From Adineta vaga (taxonomy: Eukaryota; Animalia; Rotifera), in the NCBI GenBank assembly GCA_021613535.1, contig CP075492.1, positions 2,108,001 to 2,172,000 on the forward strand: a DNA stretch of 64,000 bases, written 5' to 3'. The notes under the pieces are model-generated. The model saw only the letters and a program-made list of their open reading frames with translations, was not told the DNA's origin and searched no databases. The translations under genes and the position numbers were made by a program. Each line of letters begins with the position of its first letter. Positions within the stretch are counted from its first letter, which is position 1. Shown here in pieces: positions 24,228-35,989 of this stretch.

Positions 24228-24849
24228 ACTGATAATTTAAATTTAAATATCAGAATTTTTATGCACGACGTGTATATATATAGTCATATATTCTATTTTC
24301 CTTGCGCTTTCTCTTTCTTTATTCCTTTTTCTGTATATATCTCACTCTCTGTCTTCATACATACATAAATAGTTTATTGATAAAGAAATAGAAGGAAAGA
24401 AAGAGAATATATTCATAATCATATGTATAGATGGATCACGACAAGAAATTTAGACAATAATCAGATAAATGAATGCAAAAGAAGATAAGAAGAATCACAT
24501 TTATCTTTAACCGTGTATAGTCATCAGTCATATTCTTTTAGATGTTAGATAATTCTTAAGTAAACAATAAATATACACAGAGGACAGTCTGTTATAGTCC
24601 AAAAACATGTATTCTCAATAGCATAAGGTAATACATCGAACTTTCTCAAAGACTAAGAAATTTATGTTAATGTTTAATTACATGTTGACACACATGAAAT
24701 AATTATTGTTACCCGATCTAAATACTGGCAACATTATTCTCCATGTATATCATTTTCAATAAATTTGGTTTAGTACTCTGATCTGACATTCACCAATAAA
24801 CAAAATAATTTCTTATTATTATATTTGCCAATTGGCGTAATGCTGAATT

Positions 24850-25697
24850 GGCGATCAGATATTACCCCTATTCTAGCACCAAAAAATATTAGTGTAAATG
24901 CCACTAATTTACAGATTCAACAAGAACTTCCTGGAGAAATAACATCGTACAAATCAATTGATACTGTAACCGATGTCGATGACGCAGTTCAGTATCCAAT
25001 AGAATTTCTCAATTCCCTTGAACCTTCTGGAATGCCGCTACATAATTTGGTGCTAAAAGTCGGTTCTCCAATTATAAGTTCTGAGAAATCTGGATGCGCC
25101 AAAGTTGTGCAATGGCACAAGACTGGCCATAAAAAGTCTAATGCCCCACGTTATCGAAGCAACTATCTTGAGTGGATGTGCAAGGGGTGAGGATGTATTC
25201 ATACCACGAATACCCTCAGCTCCTACGGATACGACGATTCCGTTTAAGCGACTTCAATTTCCTATTCGTCTTGCTTTCGCGATGTCTATTAACAAAGCAC
25301 AAGGACAAACACTTAAAGTCGCTGGTATTAATCTAGAAAGTCTTTGCTTTTCTCATGGCCAACTTTACGTTGCTTGCTCAAGAATGGGGACTGGAAGGAA
25401 TTTGTATGTTTTTGCACTAGATAGGAAAACTAAAAATATTGTGCATCCAACAGCTTTACAATAAAAACTCTATTTTAGTATTGTTTTACTACAAAAGTTC
25501 ATAAATAAAAGTTACATAGAAAATATTTTTGAAATATGTTTAAAATATTAATTACTGATATCTGGAAACGGTAAAATCTAAGGGTATGTTACAGTATTGT
25601 AGATTAATAACGTTCAAAGACCGAGAAAGTGCCGTTTTCTAACACGCAAATCATATCAAGTCCCATTATCTTAATCACCACTGGGTACCTCTGCTAG
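24850..25697 (+). mobile_element. Helitron 3' fragment (PIF1-like helicase C-terminus, frameshifted) ending in CTAG
   Basis: ILAPKN, EFLNSLEPSGMPLHNLVLKVG, CNGTRL, RLQFPIRLAFAMSINKAQGQTL, FSHGQLYVACSR; CTAG-T at 25694-25698. Confidence 0.9.
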
Positions 25698-25760
25698 TGT
25701 AAAATAATTTTAATTAAAAAAAGAATAACATCATTGCATAGATATACTAAAAGATTTTAA

Positions 25761-25990
25761 CCCTGAAACGCCCACCTGGGGTCCACGCGGACCCCAGCTA
25801 GTTTCATTCTAATGTTTTATATATACGATGACACATCATATCAAGCCACTCCAGATATGCTCTAGTGAAGAGTAGTAGAGTATACTATAGAAAGCATTCG
25901 CTTATCTCTTTAAGTCATCTATGAGATAAATTACCTCAAAGTGCATATATATTCGTATATTGCGCACCTGGAGTCCAACTGGACCCCATA
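25761..25990. mobile_element. Orphan piggyBac-like terminus
   Basis: TTAA-CCCTG followed by the palindrome CTGGGGTCCACGCGGACCCCAG, repeated at ~25968-25988. Confidence 0.55.
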
Positions 25991-26422
25991 TTATAACATT
26001 AGTTTTCTCCTAATATTTGATTATAAATTTTTCATTCTCATATTTTATACATCTGTCCACTCATATGGGAGTATTCTATAGCTATCTAATAAACTGTGAA
26101 GCATATCAATCGCATTACAACGGTATATTCTGCATATCTGACTATTCTTACAACTCTTCTGTTATTTTTTAAATAATTATGTCTCCAATGTAAAAGTTGA
26201 ATATTTTCATGAATAATACTTTTGTGCAGTACCACTCTACATGCATAGGTTTTTCTTTCTGCTATTGATATGACGTCACTATATATACATATTATATGTA
26301 TATCTTATTTCGTTCTACTATCATACGTGCATACGTACATCATTTTTCTGGTATGTTCAAGTACCCATGTTTTTGTTCTCGTTCTTTCTATACAGATGAC
26401 ATATGCTCTCTCTTGTACCTTC

Positions 26423-26499
26423 TAGGGGTGTGTGTGGGTGTGGGTGTGGGTGTGGGTGGGCGGATCTGGGTGTATGGAAGAGAAAGTTACACACACACT
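26423..26499. repeat. Degenerate head-to-head telomere-repeat scar
   Basis: (TGTGGG)n..GGGTGTA-TGGAAGAGAAAGT-TACACACACAC. Confidence 0.75.
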
Positions 26500-28174
26500 T
26501 CATAACATTCTTATGAATATTGCTTTTCTTGATTATACATCATTCAAGAATAATTGAGTCTGACATAATAAAACAATAAAAGTTGTAAATAGTCATAAAA
26601 TAGAAATAATAATAATAATAATAATAAATAATATCGATAATAATTACACCAATAATGAGAAAACCTCCACAACATAAAAAAAATCAACATCCACAAAATT
26701 AACATCAAACATCAGCAGCAACCATCTTTAAACCTTTTCCTTACATTTACTTAGTTTTTGTAAAAAATGTTTCATTTAACCTAATAAATATTTCACAGGT
26801 CATTCCTGATGATGATGTGTTCAGTTCGAACACGAAAGCTCGAATCTATCGTCTTTTATTTCTGAATGAAATAAATCTTTCTTTCAATATGATTTTTGCA
26901 GCAGTCCTCTCTTTCTTTTCTAATTTCTTTTCTACTGCTCTTTTTCCTTCATTTATTCTTTACTATTTTTTAAGAAAGAAATTCTCTGAATTCTTCATAC
27001 TTTTTTTAAAAATAAACATTCGTTATACATATATTCCTATATGCCATAGTTGAGTTGCCGATTACTTTCGATGTTTTAGTGTTGCTTACATGTTCATGTG
27101 GTTGAAACAGAAGAACAAACGAAAAAGAAAAAAATGAATTGTAAACGTAAAACAAAATAAAATGGCACAATCGAAAAAAATACCCATTCCGTCTCACATA
27201 CAAAGACACAAAGATTCGTAACAAACTTTTCATCTTTATGATTGAAAATTTTTAGATTTTTTCACTTCTTTTTACTTATGTTTGATTGAAAATATTTTTA
27301 GAATTCTTTCAATGAAAACTCATTGTATACAGTTACAAGTAGAGTCTAACGGGATCGGATATTTTCGTCCGAATTCCGATCATATACACCTTGAATAAAA
27401 CGTATTTCCATCCCTGTAAAATACTCTTTCAGTATTCCACTCCCAGTCCTGATTTCGATCAGAAAAAATTGTCACGGCCCTGTTTGTTTCCGATTTTTTG
27501 AATCAGTTGAAAATAATTGAGGCTGAGGGTGCAGTGCTCAAATTTTACCCAAACAGCGATACACCCTTACTCATACCTACACCCTCCTTTAGTGAAAAAT
27601 TAAAAAATATCACTGATAAATTTTTTTCAAAATTTTCTTTCATGCAGTCCTCTTCTATAGTTTATGCAAATGTAATAAATTTTTTTCGTTAATAGTTCAG
27701 GTCTTACTCTTTAAAAAGATATATATTCAATATTTTTCCTCAGTTGAAAATCGTAACGACAGAAAAAAATTAAAACAGGGTCGAAACTGATTAAATACTC
27801 TTTATTCGCTTATGTGACACAGCATGTCATTTGAGGCAGACTAAATATTTCAATATTTCAAAATTAAAACGCGAGAAAAGATCGAAGACAATAAAGTTAA
27901 TAATGGCAAATCAATAGAGATTATAATATCGACGGCAATATATCTGATATTGTGCAATTATATCGCCTCGATATCTATCCGTATAGTTTATATAAAAAAT
28001 CATTTTCTTCTTCAGCATTATATTTCTTTTTCTAGTTTTAATTTTACGAAAGATTATGCCGAATTCTGAACAAATAGATTAAGCCGTATTTTTCGGTGAG
28101 ATAGTTGTTGCGTCTCAAAAATTTTCATCAAGTGCCAATCCTGGTCTCGACAACAACGGGGTTGGCGCAACACC

Positions 28175-28322
28175 TAGTGGCGGCGCCAAGGGGGGAGCTG
28201 GAGGGGACTGAGCCCCCCAGAATTTTTTTTAAAGTTCTTGTAGAAAACTCATGATTTTCTTAAAAAAATATAACATTTTGGGGGCTAAGCCCTCTTAAAC
28301 AAAAATCCTGGCGCCGCCTCTA
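28175..28322. mobile_element. hAT-type MITE
   Basis: TIRs TAGTGGCGGCGCCA / TGGCGCCGCCTCTA; 8-bp TSD GCAACACC at 28167-28174 and 28323-28330. Confidence 0.9.
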
Positions 28323-29952
28323 GCAACACCGCTAGATCCTAGTGACAAGTAACATGCTAAAATGAAGAAAATCGTATTTTTAGACTATTCCTTAGGAAAA
28401 TATGGCTTCTGTTACAATACCATTGGATATTCAATCTCTTACAACATCAGAAAATATGGAACTAGAAATCTTTTGTCTTGTTTGGCTTGATGCTAACTCA
28501 GTTGGTAAAGATGCGCGTAATACTGAACAACAACTGCGTTCAATTATTAATTACTTCAAAAAATTTCAAGATATTCCGTCCTGTGAAAGTTTCATTCGTA
28601 CACGAACATCAAATGAACGAGTTGTTATGATTGTTAGTGGTCGATTAGGACGTGAAATTGTTCCACATATTCATCATCTTCGCCAAGTTATATCTATTTA
28701 TGTTTATTGTATGGATAAAGAAAGCAATAAAAAATGGTCTCGAGATTATCGAAAAGTAAATACTAATTAGAAAAAGAATCTAAATTAAAATAGAATTTTT
28801 CTATCGATAGACAAAAGCAGTTGTTGTTCAACTGGATGAACTTGTTTCCCGAATTCAATCTGATCATAAAATTCAAAAGAAAATTGAAGAACCTTTATCA
28901 ATTAATATATTTACTACAGGTACATCAACAACTGGTTTAAATAGTGAATTTCTTTTTTCACAAGTTCTTCTTGATTGTCTTATTCGATTAAAATTTACTG
29001 AAACTGATCAAAGAGAATTAATTGAACTTTGTAAACAACAATATAAAGATAATCGTGCTGAATTAAGTAATATTCATGAATTTGAAGAAAAATAATTATC
29101 TAAAAATGCTTTATGGTGGTATACAAGAGAATCATTTTTTTATAAAACACTTAATGCTGCACTTCGTGGATCATCTATTCATATAATATTTCTTTATCGT
29201 AAATATATAAATGATATTCAATATCAATTAAAACAAAATCAAGTTAAAAATTCAATTCAAGTTTATCGTTGTCAGATGATGTCAAATGAAGAATTAGATA
29301 CTTTAAAAAACTATTCTCATCAATTTATTTCAATTAATTCGTTTTTTTCAACCAGTTTAAATAAAGAACAAGCTCTTGAATTTCTTCAAGTTCCTGATGA
29401 TACAGAAAAGTTAGTTGGTGTTTTATTTCAAATTAATGCTGATCCTAAAATGGCTGTAACAAAACCATTTGCTAATCTTAAAAAATTTAGTGAATTTCAA
29501 GATGAAGATGAAATTTTATTTATGATTGGATCGATTTTTCGATTGGACAACATCACGATTAACGAAAATGACCGAGTTTGGATTATACAAATGACATTAT
29601 GTAACGATGAAGAACATGATTTACGAGATGTTCTCACACATACGAAAGAACAATATGTGAGTAAAGAAACGAATTTTCACACATTAGGAAAACTATTATT
29701 GGATATGTTGAAATTTGAACTGGCTCAAAAATATTTAATACGTATGTTAGAACAACTTCCACTCGATAATTCATCAAGAATTGATATATATTTGGATCTT
29801 GCCAAAGTCGAAAAACATTTACGCAACGAAGACAAAAGTTTAGAATGGCGTCAAAAAGCAGCCGAGTTAGATAAACAAATTGGACCGAGTTCTCAATCCA
29901 ATATAGATAAATCAAATAAATTCATAGGTATGCTTATTGAAATAAATGACTA

Positions 29953-30019
29953 CAGTAAAACCTCTCTATAGTGGATACTCTCGGGACCATTCAGAAGTGT
30001 CCACTGTAGAGAGGTGTCC
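29953..30019. mobile_element. Truncated Tc1/pogo-like MITE end
   Basis: TA-CAGTAAAACCTCTCTATAGTGGA..TCCACTGTAGAGAGG; cut by a telomere scar. Confidence 0.55.
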
Positions 30020-30068
30020 ATCTTGAGGGTGTGGGTACTCTGTGAAGGGACACCCACACTCACACTCG
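30019..30068. repeat. Head-to-head telomere-repeat scar
   Basis: CATCTTGAGGGTGTGGGT-ACTCTGTGAAGGG-ACACCCACACTCACACTC. Confidence 0.8.
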
Positions 30069-30404
30069 CGTGTAAATATTGTGCCACGCGGTAAACCGTT
30101 TCACGCTTTTCATTGTACTTTATATGGTTTTGTTTTTAGGCAAACCACAACGTGTTAAATCAACATCTTCAACCGAAGAACTTGATTATGAAAAACGTGA
30201 TTGGCATCGGCGTCCTGGTCGCCATGAAAAATGTTATAGAAAGCGTCACGATGCCACTTGCACTTCGTCTGATGATGATAGTTATAAGGGTGAGTATCAA
30301 GAAAAATTGGCTGAAACCGCGGTGAACAAAACCATTGCCAGCAGCGTGTTTATTCTCCGCGGATTTGATTATAGAAGGTGACAAAAGTTTAGGGCACTTT
30401 TATT

Positions 30405-30595
30405 TTGGGTGTGGGTGTGGATGAGTGTGGGTGTGGGTGTGGATGAGTGTGGGTGTGGGTGTGGGTGTGGGTGTGGGTGTGGGTGTGGGTGTGGGTGTGG
30501 GTGTGGGTGTGGGTGGGGGTGTGGGTGTGGGTGTGGGTGTGGGTAAAAAAACGTTCTACACCCACACCCACACCCTCACGCCTGCACCCTCAAGA
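30405..30595. repeat. Head-to-head telomere-repeat scar with a long (TGTGGG)n arm
   Basis: ~140 bp of TGTGGG repeats, AAAAAAACGTT spacer, then CTACACCCACACCC...CACCCTCAAGA. Confidence 0.95.
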
Positions 30596-31657
30596 AGGGA
30601 TGACAATCAGTGAAATAGGGTAGGAGCATGCTATTGTAGGTTGTAGTTAGATTTACTAATTTCCTGCTAGTAGCTTTACTCCAAAGATCTAACCGATTTG
30701 ATTTCTATGTGGGTTGATAGAGCCGATCAAGAGCTATCAGAATACTATGGTGTTGTACTTTGCACGGTAAATGATGGAGAAAATGCTCGTGGGTTATCTG
30801 TGACACGGCCCGATATTCACATGTTTCGTATATTGCGTGCTAAGTTGAGTCTGTGAAAAAATGACTAAGATAAGAAGAAACCTAGCATCAGTTGCCACCA
30901 AAATGATCAGCTCGATGAGCTCTTCAAGCTGTAGAAGTATGAGCCATTTCTGAGGGGGTCGATCTATATAGTGGGAGGTTTCCCATGGATTCACTCCATG
31001 TATGCATTCACTGTAACAAATTCTAATCTTCCATGTAATGACCGTACAGGATTCATTTTTTAACCGAAATATGAGTCCGAATTAGACCAGATAAATTTAG
31101 TCTGACCAAACTTCGATCAACTCGAATTTTTTAGTTCGAGATCAGTATTAGTGCATAGATTATAGAGAAATGATAGATTTATTGATTTTCTGTTTTGTAT
31201 TTGATTTTGGGCTTATTTTTCCTGTACTTCATTTTTGTTACCTTCCGTCACTAAATATAAAAATAACACAGGTTAACCTTTCCGGCCGTTTTTATATTCT
31301 ATTTTGTGTTTAGAAAAACCACGGGATGCTCCATTATATAACAAATCACTGTATTCTGATTACAAATGTCATTGCGGAGGACGTGCTTGTAGTGAATGTC
31401 AAAACTGCCGTGATTGGTATTGGCGTTCTGATGGCCAGGAAAAGTGCTACGTAAAGCGTCATGATGCGACCTGTACTTATGGTGGTCGTCTTGATCGTTT
31501 TTTTGGTCGTAATAGTGGTCGTGATTATTATTCTCGTAGTTTTGATGGCTATCACTATCAATATTATCATGGTGATGGTGGAAGTCTATGTCAATGCGAG
31601 ACCAACTGTGATTAGTATAATAAGCATTTTGACTTGATGTTGTGTTTGAATGAAGAA

Positions 31658-31711
31658 CTACCACAATCTAGATTTCGACTTTTATTGAAAGAATCAATCT
31701 TCAGGCGGTAG
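31658..31711 (-). ncRNA. Type I hammerhead ribozyme (Penelope/Athena pLTR type)
   Basis: Minus strand: CTACCGC-CTGAAGA-tt-stem II-GAAA-TCTAGA-TT-GTGGTAG, followed by ...TTCAAACACA. Confidence 0.8.
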
Positions 31712-31796
31712 AAAGATCTGCATGAATGAATCACAAATCTTCCAAAACGAATTCGAAAGATCTATACTTCAAAAGTAGCAGACAGTCATCATTAAA

Positions 31797-31840
31797 GGGT
31801 GGGTGTGGATAAAGGTGGGTGAGTGTGGGTGTGGGTGAGT
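31797..31840 (+). repeat. G-strand telomere tract at the 3' end of a minus-strand HHR module
   Basis: GGGTGGGTGTGG...GAGTGTGGGTGTGGGTGAGT. Confidence 0.85.
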
Positions 31841-31847
31841 AAAGCAT

Positions 31848-31892
31848 ACCGTGATCGCGATTTCGTCTTTGCTAGTAGACTCTTCAGGCGGC
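31848..31892 (-). ncRNA. Type I hammerhead ribozyme
   Basis: Minus strand: GCCGC-CTGAAGA-GTCT(actagcaa)AGAC-GAAA-TCGCGA-TC-ACGGT, then ATGCTTTACTCACCC plus telomere repeats. Confidence 0.85.
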
Positions 31893-32121
31893 TGTGTTTT
31901 TTTAGTTGGTTATATTCCAACATATCGTATTTTAGTTGTGGTGTCCTTATATAGTGAATCGGATGGCTGAGAAGCAAGTCGGTGATTGGGTTGTAACACT
32001 GTAGTATGGCGACATCTTTATGAATTAAAGAACTGAGTGTGGAATGCGAATTGAAATGGACGGTTGCACATTGTTGACGAAGACATGATGATAAAGATGG
32101 ATGGAATTTGATGGATATGGC

Positions 32122-32310
32122 GGGTGTGTTTGAAAATAGATATAGAAAGAATCAAATATTAGAAATCTTTTCATTTTGTCCACAAGATTAAAGATTCGAA
32201 TTTATTTAAAGTGTCCACATAGATATGCTTGAATAAGTACGAGAAACTTATTCGAAAAGTTCATTAAATCAGAGCAGGACTCGAACCCACATCTTCCGAT
32301 AACCGGTCTG
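32122..32310 (-). mobile_element. tRNA-headed telomere-joined element, copy B (5'-truncated in the anticodon arm)
   Basis: Reverse complement aligns along its length to 41675-41860; B-box GGTTCGAGTCC; ends CTATTTTCAAACACACCC. Confidence 0.85.
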
Positions 32311-32567
32311 AGGATATTGGCTGAATACCGTTCTGGTTTTCACGATCACATCATATCAGAATGGCTGATGCTTCGCTGAGACTCTGCTCTTCGCAATATT
32401 GGTTCCCCTGGCGTTGTTGTTCTAAAGTCATCGTTGTACTATTCATTTCTTTTGATTCGTAGTTATTAATAGAGATCAGGTTGTCGGAAATGCAGTTATC
32501 TGTTGTTTGGGCCCCTCTGAATCTTACTATCGTTTTCTCTTTTGCAATTTCGATTTTAAAGTATTCT

Positions 32568-32714
32568 ACCGGTTTCGACCTTGTCCAAGGGTCTCATCAG
32601 ATGGATTATGTCTGCATATCCTCACATCATGACTTCAAATGCTGAATGGCTATTTATAACAAAAGCATTGGAGAGAAATTATGTGATATGCAGACATGAA
32701 CTACCATGACCGGT
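32568..32714 (-). ncRNA. Type III hammerhead ribozyme with extended stem I (minus strand)
   Basis: ACCGG-TC-ATGG..long hairpin..CCAT-CTGATGA-GACC(cttggacaa)GGTC-GAAA-CCGGT. Confidence 0.85.
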
Positions 32715-32852
32715 GTGTGTCTGTCTTCTGACTCTTCGCAGGGCTCAACTACTCAAATACTAATGATTTTGTTGTCATACTGTAGTATGAAAAATAATCT
32801 TTATTATTTGAGTAGTTGAGCACTGAGAACAGTCAGAAGACAGACACACACG

Positions 32853-32997
32853 CCGGTCATGGTAGTTCATGTCTGCATGTTACATCATTTCTCTCGAAGT
32901 CTTTTCTTATGAATAGACATTCAGCATTTGAGGTCGTGATGTGAAGATATGCAGACATAATCCATCTGATGAGACCCTTGAACAAGGTCGAAACCGG
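32853..32997 (+). ncRNA. Type III hammerhead ribozyme with extended stem I (plus strand); predicted cleavage after C32858
   Basis: CCGG-TC-ATGG-tagttc-ATGTCTGCAT...ATGCAGACAT-aat-CCAT-CTGATGA-GACC(cttgaacaa)GGTC-GAAA-CCGG. Confidence 0.85.
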
Positions 32998-33589
32998 TAG
33001 AAACTATGCAAGGAACACGATTATAGAGACTTAAGTTAGTAATGTATATCTTTGCCGAAAACGAAGACCGACAGCGTTGTGCGAATTACCGTCTCACTCA
33101 GTCGTCATAGTTGTTGTTTCTTGTATCTATACAGGATCATTCTAAAACTAACAATATTCATATATAGTATGATCAATCGGTTTCATGTGAATATTACATC
33201 CTGTTGAACACAGAGAGCTACTTGAAGAGTTCCCTGAGCGAATTCGAAATCTAACTAATACGGATGATTATAAACTTCATATTCCCAATATAAAAATATC
33301 GGACATGATTCAGACTCTACCGATCTATATCGGTGTCATCAAAGGTCTTTCAGCAAAAAAAGTCAGGTAAAACAGATAAAATGCAGCAGAAGCATACAGT
33401 CTACATTGACCAAAATGCTTCTGCTGCTTTTTTTTATCGGAGTCAGAAATATGTATCCTTGCCTAAAATTCTCTGTAACGTTTACAGTAGACTATCTGTC
33501 ATCGAAACACTATGACGAGAAACATAAACATACATTTCACTTCCATACGATTACCGAAAATCAACTCAGCAATTAAAGCCAAACATAAA

Positions 33590-33814
33590 CCCACCGAATA
33601 TCGGGAGATGTAGGTTCGATTCCTGCTTTGATTTTATGATCTTTCTTTACAAGTTATTCGTACTTGTTTAGACATATCCTTGTGGTTGCATTTTCTTTAA
33701 TTTCGAAGATATTTCCGTGGACAAAAGAAATGATTATTTTGCTTTATAACTCGTTCATTTTCTTATTTTCAAACTCACCCTCACCCTCGCCCTCACACCC
33801 ACCCTCACCCTCAA
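33590..33814 (+). mobile_element. tRNA-headed telomere-joined element, copy C (diverged, 5'-truncated), followed by (CACCCT)n
   Basis: ATCGGGAGATGTAGGTTCGATTCCTGCTTTGATT head; same body hairpin; ends TTATTTTCAAACTCACCC-TCACCC...CCCTCAAT. Confidence 0.8.
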
Positions 33815-34524
33815 TCTTAATTTCTTTTTAGCTGCATATAATAATAATCTCCATTCGTTATTAAAATTTAATAAGATATCTGATGATCTTCTTAGCAGAA
33901 GTGAAATCTAGATTATGGCAGCTAGTGTCACCCTCACCCCTCACTCCCTTGGTTAATCCGACGCCACGTCCCTCAATGCTCACACGTATACCCGTATTCA
34001 ATGCAGCATCCTATTCGAGAACCAGCACAATCAACTCTATTTGTAGCACAGATTCATTGACGAATATCCGCAGAAAATACTCGTAAAAGTGCTCCAAAAA
34101 CCCAGCTTTTGGGTCCTAACCCCCCTTATAGGACCTACGACCCCCCCTCTCAAATGGTCTCATTCGATGCAGAATTTAATTCTGCATCCAGCACAACCCT
34201 TTCCAGAGCCAGCACAGATTCATAGCCGAATATCCACAGGAAATACTCGAATCCGCTGCTAACTTTACTCACGTATAGAAGACCCATAGAAGAAAGAGAG
34301 AACGAGAAAGACGAAAGATCGTCCATCTATTATAATAGATGGCGATCCTGACAACTATACTATAGCGAAATTTGAAGACGAATCGTTAATGGCATGATAT
34401 TTTTTTGAACGATTAGTTGAAAACAACAATAAAAAGTACATGTTTCGTGTCATATCATCGATACAATCCGCAAGTACAATAATGCTATGATCGTGTCAAG
34501 TGTTCTGTCTCCATATACTATCCA

Positions 34525-35273
34525 TTAGTTGCCGGCGAATATATAACTACCCAGAGGATCCCGATTAAAAAGCCAAATACTAAGTGACAGGAAGAAAACT
34601 CCCATAAAAACCGATACGCCACCACAGATCAAGAAAATACGACCAAGGCGAGAAGTAGGCTGCTTCCAGCGAGCCTCCGTTGGTTGTCGTCCATCGTACC
34701 AACATGTTTCTTCGTTGTTGATCTAGGAAGTAAACAAATTGATGATATACTGATGATTACACTTACTGAAAAATCTTTCTTCATCCTTTTGTAGTATATA
34801 CTGCTGATGAGCAATATTCACGGTTCACAAACATAATTATTTCTGATGACATGAGTATACGAAAGTTAGAAATGACTTACACATTTCACTGGCCTTTTAT
34901 ATGTCTTATTTTAATCTCTGTTCTTAATGCTAATATTTACCTTATGTGTAGCTGTTTGATTCAGCGCATCCGTTGGAGATTGATATCTTTTTTCACTTTC
35001 TACAGTAGTATTCACTCGCGGTTTTATATCGAGTTGAGCTTTCCATGCGGCACTATAGCAGTTAAATGTGGTATAACGTGTTCGACATGTACGATTTCGA
35101 TAACCAACATTGAATACAAAACAAGTGCTCTGCTTGTAATTTTTTTCTTTCGAATAAGCATCTCTATAGACAAATACACCAGCAATCAGCAGACCCAGAG
35201 CTATCCCTAGGAATGTACAACCGATATAAAGTGACATGTGCGCCCTGAACTTTTTGCTGCTTTTCTGATCCAT
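34525..35273 (-). CDS. Two-TM protein with a Cys-containing loop, BK-channel beta-subunit-like topology (exons 35273-34941, 34722-34525)
   Basis: TM1, loop with TC..C..C..CWYD, TM2; phase-0 GT-AG intron joins in frame to TAA. Confidence 0.7.
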
Positions 35274-35989
35274 ATCGAGTAAGATGTGTAAAAAGGAAAA
35301 AGAATATCAAACTTCGTTGTTTTGTGTTACAGAACTTTGTTTTATATACGTGTTTTATTCAAACAGCCACGTGTAAAATAAAACGGTGAAATAATTGCAA
35401 CACTATTGCATGAAACGATGGAAAGCAAATAAAGAAAAAGTTTCGTCAGAAGAGAATCAGCATTATTTTTCGTTATAGAACGATCGTTCTTGATGTCAAG
35501 CAAATATTTTGTCCTTATCAAACATTTTTCGGAGTAATGCACGTCAATCGTTCGTCATGAATCACATACATATATTACTTTTGATCATACAAGAATACAA
35601 AAACACATGATGCAACAACGATATTTCATTGCTTAGAAAAAAGAAGTAGCTGTTCGACAATGAACAATTTCAAATCGATTAGTAATTTTTTCATCCTGTA
35701 GTAAACGTACTGGATGATTTTTGAGTTTAAACAAGGATTGAAATGGATTTATATATGAAAAATGAATCTTTTTTTAGGCTCTGATCATTAAGATAGGTGA
35801 ATGTAAATATAAAGATGAACACATGTGAACAAGAAATGAGAATTTCATATACTCACTCACATTCGACAAGATTGCCACCGTTCGTCTCGTTCTTTTATCT
35901 GTATTCCATTGACGATATTATGAAACAAACAAAATTTTGCTTTTATCTTTTTCTGTAAGTTATTATTGTTTGTATTATGAATATCTGTG

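Larger units (their letters stand above)
28402..31615 (+). pseudogene. ADP-ribosyltransferase-TPR gene (bdelloid-expanded family), nonsense TAA at 29093-29095; exons ~28402-28755, 28811-29927, and probably 30141-30288 and 31314-31615
   Basis: CLVWLD N-domain; WWYTRESFFYKTLNAALR; R-S-E motifs VYRCQ / SFFSTS / EDEILF; one TPR; two downstream exons share RDW..R....KCY.KRHDATC. Confidence 0.8.

Noticed and set aside
28156-28335. Hairpin plus CTAG around the hAT MITE as a Helitron 3' end
   Set aside because: The hairpin abuts CTAG with no spacer, and no matching Helitron body or 5' end was identified.
30405-30545. Possible true chromosome end or CRISPR-like array
   Set aside because: The tract is interstitial with unique sequence on both sides, and it is a simple hexamer repeat without spacers or cas genes.
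30389-30613. ORFs rich in VGVG/THTH/HPHP (also 26296-26505, 60743-61029 and the N-termini of 50404 and 51587)
   Set aside because: They are translations of telomere hexamer repeats, not proteins.
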